From contig JBHLKY010000002.1 of the NCBI GenBank assembly GCA_048886185.1, forward strand, positions 30,001-62,000: DNA of 32,000 bases, read 5' to 3'. Source of the stretch: Candidatus Hermodarchaeota archaeon (GTDB taxonomy: Archaea > Asgardarchaeota > Heimdallarchaeia > Hodarchaeales > Hodarchaeaceae). The notes under the pieces were generated by a model. It did no database searches, had not been told where the DNA came from, and saw nothing but the letters and a program-made list of their open reading frames with translations. Each line of letters starts with the position of its first letter. Positions within the stretch are counted from its first letter, which is position 1. Below, piece after piece: positions 1-7,338 of this stretch. The translations under genes and the position numbers were made by a program.

Positions 1-194
1 CTAGGATTTCGATCATTTGATACTTGATTAAGATAAAAAAGAATTAAGAGAGCATGAATACGAATAGAGGCTTCCTCTGTGGAATATACTACTAATACAT
101 TGTTGTTCTGAATTTGAGGAAGAAGAAGTTGTTCCTGTAAAGAAGGCTCAAATTTGAGCTTTTCAGAATGAGGACATACTTCTGTTGATGTCAC
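1..194 (-). CDS. Partial ORF running off the left edge; possible degenerate Hef/FANCM-like helicase N-terminus
   Basis: Not in the ORF track. Open frame from GTG at 194 to base 1: VTSTEVCPHSEKLKFEPSLQEQLLLPQIQNNNVLVVYSTEEASIRIHALLILFYLNQVSNDRNP. It loosely resembles the Hef start (EPRLYQ...NTLVVLPTGLGKT.IALL) without a Walker A motif. Confidence 0.3.
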   Translation of the reverse strand, partial: MTSTEVCPHSEKLKFEPSLQEQLLLPQIQNNNVLVVYSTEEASIRIHALLILFYLNQVSNDRNP

Positions 195-238
195 ATTAAT
201 TCCTATCCTCTTAACTCTTGATCATCATGTTGATTCAT

Positions 239-559
239 TTAATCATTCGTAATTTCATGATCATCGGAATTTTCCCAATGAGAAGAGACATCTAATGTGA
301 TTAATGCTCGAATCCAATTACGGTGGGCTGAACAGCTCACAACTTGAGAGTTTTTAACTACTAAATGTACAGGAAGGCGTCTATTTAATAGGAGTGAACA
401 AATACAGCCAAATATACTTGCATACTCACAAATTTGACACAGTGGACTATTTAAAACCACTTCATCAAGAAAAGGAGAAACAAGGATTTCAGGATTATTT
501 GCCAATATCAACTCACCAAGAATTACTTGTCTATTTCTGTCTATGATTTCTTGATACAA
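239..559 (-). CDS. Small hypothetical protein with a Cys cluster (CxxC-x7-CxC...C-x2-H)
   Basis: 106 aa ORF with TTG start; contains LCQICEYASIFGCICSLL and VVSCSAH; co-oriented with the edge ORF. Confidence 0.5.
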   Translation of the reverse strand: MYQEIIDRNRQVILGELILANNPEILVSPFLDEVVLNSPLCQICEYASIFGCICSLLLNRRLPVHLVVKNSQVVSCSAHRNWIRALITLDVSSHWENSDDHEITND

Positions 560-601
560 TTTAAAAATCCAAAAAGCAGTATGAATCCTCTTCTATAGCT
601 G

Positions 602-795
602 ATGAACAAATTACAAAGAAAGAAATTTCTAGCAAAACATTCTAGCAAATAACTATTAGGGATTATATAGCAAAAATACAACGCGAAATCCATTTAGATT
701 TACCTCAAGAAAGAAATAAAACATTAATAGAGGCTTATGAGGCCTTCCCAGACCATCCCGAGTTAAAACTCCTCATACAAGAACAAGATCAATAA
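602..795 (+). pseudogene. Possible frameshifted micro-ORF of about 64 aa
   Basis: ATG602 frame reads MNKLQRKKFLAKHSSK-stop. The adjacent frame continues ITIRDYIAKIQREIHLDLPQERNKTLIEAYEAFPDHPELKLLIQEQDQ to TAA at 793-795. Adding one A to the A-run near 647-649 joins them. Confidence 0.3.
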
Positions 796-840
796 CTGGG
801 CTAATTTTATTGAGGAACTTTAGAAGTAAATTCATTTTGA

Positions 841-848
841 TTATATAT
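841..848 (+). promoter_or_regulatory. Putative archaeal TATA box for the 873 gene (leaderless spacing)
   Basis: TTATATAT about 25 nt upstream of ATG873; the AT-rich background weakens the call. Confidence 0.35.
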
Positions 849-872
849 AATTTCAATTCTAATTAAATATGA

Positions 873-1397
873 ATGGTAATGTTAACTGAAATAGAATTAA
901 TTAATCATCTAGAGGATGTTTTAGTTGACAAGCTTCAGTTTCAAACTTATCCAGAGCTGACTGTCACCTCACAACATTTAGATCTTCAAAAATTGATTAA
1001 TCAAGATCAGTTCAGGATAGATTTAGCTGCAATCAACCGAATCGATAGTTCGATTCACTTTTTTGAAGCAGAAACACAGCTCCACATCAAACATCCTGCT
1101 TTGTACCGAATTTTTTGCGATTACTGTTATCTAATTTGTCCAGAAGAACAATTTGATTTATTGGATTCGGTGACGAAAAGACAACAGCTATCTTGGGCTG
1201 ATGAGATAGGAATAGGAATCTTAACGATTTCAGAGAAAGGATCACTAAGAGGACGACTTCGTTCAAAACAACAACTATTGAAACCAGAGATACGAAAAGA
1301 AGTGCTACATGTGATGAATAAGCGTTACCGTATACGTTTTGTAACTCAACCATTATGGGAACGATCTCATAAAAACCAGTCCAATGTAGAGGTATAA
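873..1397 (+). CDS. PD-(D/E)xK restriction-endonuclease-like protein, MmcB-like
   Basis: RIDLAAI...IHFFEAE matches the D...ExK core, here as E-x-E. It is followed by YRIFCDYCYLICP and GIGILTI, as in MmcB-type nucleases. Confidence 0.6.
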   Translation: MVMLTEIELINHLEDVLVDKLQFQTYPELTVTSQHLDLQKLINQDQFRIDLAAINRIDSSIHFFEAETQLHIKHPALYRIFCDYCYLICPEEQFDLLDSVTKRQQLSWADEIGIGILTISEKGSLRGRLRSKQQLLKPEIRKEVLHVMNKRYRIRFVTQPLWERSHKNQSNVEV

Positions 1398-1401
1398 TAG
1401 A

Positions 1402-1908
1402 ATGCCACAATCTACTAAAACTAAAGTGTGCTCAGAAACAGATAATAGGAAGGCAGAGATTTTTAACCATATTGATGATCTGATCACCAGAGGATTTTGG
1501 GATAAAGCATTAGATGATTTACAATATCTTTTCCGAAATGCACCTAGTTTACGCAGTCAAGTTCATCTAAAACTCGCTTGGCTTTATTATGAAATGAAAA
1601 ATTTTTATCAAGCATTAGCTCACCTTCAAACCATGATACCGTCGAGAGAAGTATATATTAATCGAATGATAATTGATTGTCTCCTAAAAATAGATAAGAA
1701 AGATGTTGCCATCTTTCATCTTGCGAGAACTCCTCTTAAACTTCCTGAGAAGCGAAATTTATTCTTCCTTATATTTCCAGAATTGCAGGAAAGTTTTAAT
1801 GTAAAAAGATCAGACCATTGGTCATCACAAATTAACATTCGTTGTCCCAGGTGTACACAATTTCTTTTCTTTACTCAAAAGAGGTTGAAATGTTTATTCT
1901 GTGAATAA
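1402..1908 (+). CDS. TPR-like helical protein with C-terminal zinc ribbon
   Basis: TPR-like helices (WDKALDDLQYL; LKLAWLYYEMKNFYQALAHLQ; C-terminal CPRC-x12-CLFC). Starts 4 nt after the nuclease stop. Confidence 0.65.
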   Translation: MPQSTKTKVCSETDNRKAEIFNHIDDLITRGFWDKALDDLQYLFRNAPSLRSQVHLKLAWLYYEMKNFYQALAHLQTMIPSREVYINRMIIDCLLKIDKKDVAIFHLARTPLKLPEKRNLFFLIFPELQESFNVKRSDHWSSQINIRCPRCTQFLFFTQKRLKCLFCE

Positions 1909-1939
1909 AACTAAGCTCATACATACTTTACAGATTATT

Positions 1940-4900
1940 TTAGGGGATTTTTTGATGAAACTGTCTAATCTTGGCTATTTTAGCTTCTTTAGGAAGGGTT
2001 CTCCAAATAAGTAATTGTTTTCTTATAGTACCTATGAATTGTCTCACCAAGGCTATCCATGCATTGAGTTCACCTTCTAGTCGGATTAATGTTATCTCGA
2101 AAGCCCAGTGACTCTTGATTTTATCGAAGTAACTTATAAAAATAACCTTTTGCTTTACTCCCATATCAAATGGAGCTAGGTTGACTATAACCATTAATTC
2201 TTTCTTGATTTCATGAATTTGTTTAATAATCAAACTAGAAATAAAAAATGGTCCTCCCACGGCCTCAGATTCATATATCAAAAAATACTCACTTAAGAAT
2301 ACTATAATCCCTTCCGCTTCCTTCTCCGTGGCAGCAACAAATGGCAAATAGATCTTCCACTTGATCCCATCTTCTTCAGGTAATGTTTTCAATTCCCAAG
2401 TTCTACGAAGAGAAGGTACTGACATTTGACCTGATATTCTAAGGGGGTATATTATACTCAAAAACATTCCAGCAACGGTAAGGATTAACACTGTTACAAC
2501 TACTCCTGATGAATAATTGATTGGGAAATCCTCTGGAATTATTCCACTAGAAGAAACTATTCGAATGAAAGTTATCCCTCCCAAATATCCAATTATAGAT
2601 CCGATTAGAGCTGATACAAGAAATTCAGTTAGGAAGAGTCCTATGATTTGACTTGGTGTGAGTCCTAATGAAGTAAATATTGAGATTTCTTTTTTTGAAG
2701 AATATACTGCACTGATCGAGGTATTAATCAATAGGAGTATTGCTATGATAATAGGTAATCCTAATTCAATGGGTACATTCTGCACGAGAATACTCGCAGA
2801 AGTCATTAAGGTTAATGAAAATGTTAACAAACAGACACTTGACAAACTTAAAATTGTACGAATTTTGTGTTTTTTCATTCTAGAAATACCAGTTTTAACT
2901 GCTATTTGAATAACAGATGTCCGATTTATTTCAGTAAAATGAAACCCTAACATTCTCTGACGCTGTCTTATGAGAAAACCATAGCCCTCTTGACAAAGCA
3001 AGAGGATTACAGGAAAAATAGAGATGACATTGAAAATCCCGATGAGAGTCAATATAAGATGAGGTACAATTTGGAAGGCAGGATGGATAATGTAAAAGAA
3101 TCCAAGAACCAATACATATATCGAACTAACAGTAGGAACCCATTTTTTCCAAGAATCAAAATTAAATAGAAGTAATGACAATATAAATGAGAATGGAAAT
3201 AAAAAAATCACAATGAGAAGTGCACTGGATATGCTTCCTGCAATAACATTTCGAGCTTGTTTTAGGGAATGCATCATCCAAATCTGGGCATTATAGATGT
3301 CTTCTATTGCCTTTGAATATTTATAATCCTTTTTTTGCTGAATCGCAGTATTTAACAGGGCAGATGCCTTTTGAAATATTTCATCGACCTTATCATCAAA
3401 TATTTCACGAGAAGAATACCTATTAATGTACGTCTGTGTAAGAGATTGGAGATCTTGTGTAGTTATAAAAGCAGAAATACCTAGATTTAGAAAACCACCC
3501 TTTTTAACTAGAATACCATTACCAAGTAATGTGTTAACGCTGGAATTAGTTACATATATCCCTAAGATCCCGTCTGGAAGTTCTTCTACAATGAATGACG
3601 GACTATTGGGAGTAATAAATACTAAACACACGGATCCCACTCCTAAATAACCATATGAAGTGAAAATATTTTGTGTTTTAGGATCCAAAACAAAAAAATT
3701 CAGGGAATCAGCATTGGTGTATTCTTCATAGGGGTGTGAAACCCCAAAAAGTCCAATTGTTCCACAATTGAATATAGTAGGATTAACAATAATATTTTTT
3801 TCAACTAATCTATGTGATTGCTTGAAAAACTCGCCATATTCACCTAAATCATTTGCTTTAATCAATCTTCCATCAAGATCAAAGGAATACGCTTCTACAG
3901 AGTATTCAAGAGGATTATCAGGTTGTGAAGAGGATATACCTCTCACTTGATAATACCCGTTTTCATCAGTTTTTGTATAATATGGATATATTCCTCGGAT
4001 ATCTGTTTCAGGATCGCGAGAGGTTACCCGAATAACAGCATTCGCTATATTGGACAACCATGCTGCCGATCTATTATATTCTTTACAATAACCTTCGAGA
4101 TTAGCAAATCCAACATGCATCGAGAGGCTCAATGAAAAATCCTTATGATCCAAATCAAGAATTTTGCCAAGATTTTCTTCATTAATAAGTTGTAATAAAG
4201 AACAAATGGAATATATAACTTGTGGTTTAAGCATATCATACTGGAGGTAAGTTGGTAAATCGAAAGGTGTATTAAATTGCATACGGTGGGATTTTGTAGT
4301 GAAAAATGATAATCCTAATACATTCGATGCAATAAACGGTTCATGATCCCCTACGAATTCGATTGGAGCGATATTTTCAAAATACATTAGATCAAAATAA
4401 GGAACAACCTCAAATGAATAATCAGTTGCTTTACGAATAGCTGCTGCATAATCAGTTAAGAAGTCCTCCCCCACGGTTTTTAGACGAGCGACTAACTTAT
4501 TACCAAGAGTGTATTTCAACTGAAATTTATAGAGATACCCATAGGGATTAATTCCGATTATGTTGTTTGAGGCTGAAAGATCGAGAGAGAGAAAGAGTTT
4601 AATCCCTGCGTTAGTATTTAAATTATCATAGTTTTGGGAAACAAATTCTCTTGCTCCAGCAGCAGCTTGATTATGGCCAGAAAGCGCCAGAAACATTATA
4701 GTTTTCTGAGGAGTAATGTTCTCGTCCCTCATAAGATGAATAAGTTCCAAAAGAGTCGCAATTCCACAAGCTTCATCCGCACCAGGCGCAATAGAAGGAA
4801 CAATGGAAGATGAATCAAAATGAGCAGATATAACTATAATATCATCGTCCAAACCAGGTAATAATCCCATGATGTTTTGTGCTTCAATGGATTTCCAAAT

Positions 4901-5689
4901 CATATCTGAATAAAGTGAGACAGACTGATTTAATCCAATGCTTAACTGTTTAATTTTATTTGCAGTAGTTGTGTTACTGACATAGATTCTTGGAAAGTAA
5001 AGGGGAATATCTAAAGATTTTCCTTTAGCTTCATATCTATTTGTAGTATTAGGGTGTAAATAGATGACAGCTTTGGCTCCAAGGCTTGCTACATTGATCC
5101 AATTATCTCCAGAATTAAATTCGAGAACAACAATAGCATCCTCGATTTTTTTGCCATCTAGTTCAGAATATTTGCCTGATCCACCATATACTAAAGTCCC
5201 AGTCAATCCTCTTGATGAGATTTTACAGGTTTGCGCAGAATTAGGAGCAAGAGCATAAGCTGTTAAATTTTTACCATTAACCACAATTTCAGTTCCATGG
5301 TCATATGGAACGAGAAGAGGGTAAGATAGAGTTCTCACTTCTGATAAGCTGTGATTATTGAAGAAATCTTGGATGTAATTTAAGGTAAGATTGTATCCAG
5401 GGTAACCAGTTACTCGGCTTCCGAAACTAGAGAATCTTTCGATGTGATCTTTTATGTTTTTGTAATATTTTTCGTTAATTTTGTTTGCATAGTATTTAAA
5501 ATCAATGAAATCCTTTTCATTAGTCACTGTATCCCTAATAGATGATGGTTTACTAAGATAATTATTTAAATTCGTGAACTTAACAGGTTGAGCATTATTT
5601 GTAAGAACATTTCCCGTAGCTATTATAACAACTGATACACATACCCAAAATAGCAGAATCCTTCGAATTTGTATAAGAGTTAGAAACAT
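1940..5689 (-). CDS. Large membrane protein: signal/TM + PA domain + M28-family peptidase domain + FtsX-like permease domain
   Basis: PA-like segment LVYGGSG...LGAKAVI; M28 motifs SAHFDS, GADEACG, LDL, GDHEPF; FtsX signature KKEISIFTSLGLTPSQIIGLFLTEFLVSALIGSIIGY; several hydrophobic helices. Confidence 0.85.
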   Translation of the reverse strand: MFLTLIQIRRILLFWVCVSVVIIATGNVLTNNAQPVKFTNLNNYLSKPSSIRDTVTNEKDFIDFKYYANKINEKYYKNIKDHIERFSSFGSRVTGYPGYNLTLNYIQDFFNNHSLSEVRTLSYPLLVPYDHGTEIVVNGKNLTAYALAPNSAQTCKISSRGLTGTLVYGGSGKYSELDGKKIEDAIVVLEFNSGDNWINVASLGAKAVIYLHPNTTNRYEAKGKSLDIPLYFPRIYVSNTTTANKIKQLSIGLNQSVSLYSDMIWKSIEAQNIMGLLPGLDDDIIVISAHFDSSSIVPSIAPGADEACGIATLLELIHLMRDENITPQKTIMFLALSGHNQAAAGAREFVSQNYDNLNTNAGIKLFLSLDLSASNNIIGINPYGYLYKFQLKYTLGNKLVARLKTVGEDFLTDYAAAIRKATDYSFEVVPYFDLMYFENIAPIEFVGDHEPFIASNVLGLSFFTTKSHRMQFNTPFDLPTYLQYDMLKPQVIYSICSLLQLINEENLGKILDLDHKDFSLSLSMHVGFANLEGYCKEYNRSAAWLSNIANAVIRVTSRDPETDIRGIYPYYTKTDENGYYQVRGISSSQPDNPLEYSVEAYSFDLDGRLIKANDLGEYGEFFKQSHRLVEKNIIVNPTIFNCGTIGLFGVSHPYEEYTNADSLNFFVLDPKTQNIFTSYGYLGVGSVCLVFITPNSPSFIVEELPDGILGIYVTNSSVNTLLGNGILVKKGGFLNLGISAFITTQDLQSLTQTYINRYSSREIFDDKVDEIFQKASALLNTAIQQKKDYKYSKAIEDIYNAQIWMMHSLKQARNVIAGSISSALLIVIFLFPFSFILSLLLFNFDSWKKWVPTVSSIYVLVLGFFYIIHPAFQIVPHLILTLIGIFNVISIFPVILLLCQEGYGFLIRQRQRMLGFHFTEINRTSVIQIAVKTGISRMKKHKIRTILSLSSVCLLTFSLTLMTSASILVQNVPIELGLPIIIAILLLINTSISAVYSSKKEISIFTSLGLTPSQIIGLFLTEFLVSALIGSIIGYLGGITFIRIVSSSGIIPEDFPINYSSGVVVTVLILTVAGMFLSIIYPLRISGQMSVPSLRRTWELKTLPEEDGIKWKIYLPFVAATEKEAEGIIVFLSEYFLIYESEAVGGPFFISSLIIKQIHEIKKELMVIVNLAPFDMGVKQKVIFISYFDKIKSHWAFEITLIRLEGELNAWIALVRQFIGTIRKQLLIWRTLPKEAKIAKIRQFHQKIP

Positions 5690-5979
5690 TTGTCAATCTT
5701 CTGGAAATTTGTTTTATCAGTAAAATATGTGCCTGAGGTTTGCTTACGACGGAAATAATCGAAATCTTAAAAATTATTTTTGTTATAATTTCAACTAGAA
5801 CAAAATACATAAGATTTTTCTTGATATTCTCGAGATAAAATAAAAATATAAGTCTGAAAAAATCTTGTTTTTACCTATCACAGGTAATATTTATTGGCCA
5901 AAAGGAAAAATTTCTATTCCTTGAGAAGAGAATCCTTCGACTCTTTTATCTAAATCTAGGATTTCTTTACTTCATTCAT

Positions 5980-7215
5980 TTACTCATGCATTTCTGAACT
6001 GATATTAATTTTATTAATTGCTTCTTGAGTCCTTTTATCGATTCTACTAATAATATTGGTATTAAACTCATCTAGGTCAGTCTTTTCTAGTGATGATTGT
6101 TTAAGATTGGAGAGATCAATCCTAATTTTGTCATCTTCCTCTATTTTGTTATCGACTTTTTTTTCATCTGCGGAATCTTTGCTTCCATCTGTTTTATTCT
6201 CGTAATCTTCTGATTCAATTGTCGTGGGTTTCTTAGCGGAGATTAAAACAGATGGGGTTGATCCTGCAGGCTTCTCATTTAAGAACAACTCTAATTGATT
6301 TTGATTATAATTCTTCAGATGTTTAATATCTTCAGGAGAGAGATCAGGAACTCTAAATTCAGTTTGAGAATCTACTAATAAATCTTCCATGATATTAAAC
6401 TCATTGATCACGTCATCACTTCCCTCAGACAGACCATCCTGAGAAATAGTTCTATTTTGATTTATTGTTTCCAATTCAGAGTTTGAGGGATAATCAATTA
6501 ACTCTTTAATTGACGTTTTTTGATCAAGTTTCTTATGACAAAAATTAATATCTCTTTTATCCCCACCAAAATCTTTTTTAGATATATTTGAGGGAATTGA
6601 GTGAGATGGATGTGATGGTGATATTCTATAAGATGGACTTTGATCCAATTCGTTTTCTTCTTCTCCGTAGAGAGTTATAGGAAGAAGCTGAGTAAGAACC
6701 ATTCCAGGAACTATTTTTTGTACAGCATTTTGAAAATCAAGGCTGTGTTCTCGAATATCATAAAGAAATTGTTCTGTTTGATTATCAGAATATAATCCTT
6801 TGGGATAATTATATTCAGGATAGTCCAATGACAGACTGAAGATTGTTTTACTAGAATCCTCTGAAACACGAAACTGGTGATCTAGTAAATTCTTTAAAAC
6901 TGAGAGTCGGAAGTCTTGAGGCTTAACTTCCACTTGGAAGTCGATTGAAACATTTGTGAGATTTTCTTTTGCTGAATATGTTATCAATGCCTCAGGAAGA
7001 TATTTTGACTGAAATATTTCTCGAGAGGTAGAGATACTAGAGAAATGATAAATTTCTGGCTGAATTTTAATGTCTGTCTTATCTAAAATCAGTCCAAGAA
7101 AATATCCAACACATCCCATAACTAGAACCAAAAAGACACTTGCTTCAATGGTATAGTACAGCAAACATCCTGAAAGAAAGCCAATAACCGATGTTAAAAG
7201 ACTTCGACTAATCAT
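5980..7215 (-). CDS. Hypothetical membrane-anchored protein with long acidic, low-complexity C-terminal region
   Basis: 411 aa ORF; two N-terminal hydrophobic segments; D/E/S/K/N-rich tail; AAGGTGG upstream of the ATG. Confidence 0.7.
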   Translation of the reverse strand: MISRSLLTSVIGFLSGCLLYYTIEASVFLVLVMGCVGYFLGLILDKTDIKIQPEIYHFSSISTSREIFQSKYLPEALITYSAKENLTNVSIDFQVEVKPQDFRLSVLKNLLDHQFRVSEDSSKTIFSLSLDYPEYNYPKGLYSDNQTEQFLYDIREHSLDFQNAVQKIVPGMVLTQLLPITLYGEEENELDQSPSYRISPSHPSHSIPSNISKKDFGGDKRDINFCHKKLDQKTSIKELIDYPSNSELETINQNRTISQDGLSEGSDDVINEFNIMEDLLVDSQTEFRVPDLSPEDIKHLKNYNQNQLELFLNEKPAGSTPSVLISAKKPTTIESEDYENKTDGSKDSADEKKVDNKIEEDDKIRIDLSNLKQSSLEKTDLDEFNTNIISRIDKRTQEAINKINISSEMHE

Positions 7216-7338
7216 TTCTATTGAAAACCACCTTAAGATATCATCCCATAAATGATAAGGAAATTCACTTTTTATATTCTAAAACTAAGTCAATTGAAGT
7301 TTATCTCTTGAAAAGAAGTTAATGAACAGTTATGTTTT

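Noticed and set aside
643-645. Pyrrolysine-type TAG read-through in the 601 frame
   Set aside because: The frame upstream of this TAG (565-642) has no start codon; a frameshift from ATG602 explains it better.
2658-5258. Plus-strand ORFs inside the M28-FtsX gene
   Set aside because: Short antisense shadows of a long, motif-supported gene; no recognisable features.
5595-5810. 71 aa ORF overlapping the M28-FtsX start
   Set aside because: Out-of-frame overlap of about 95 nt, AT-rich low-information sequence, no motif.
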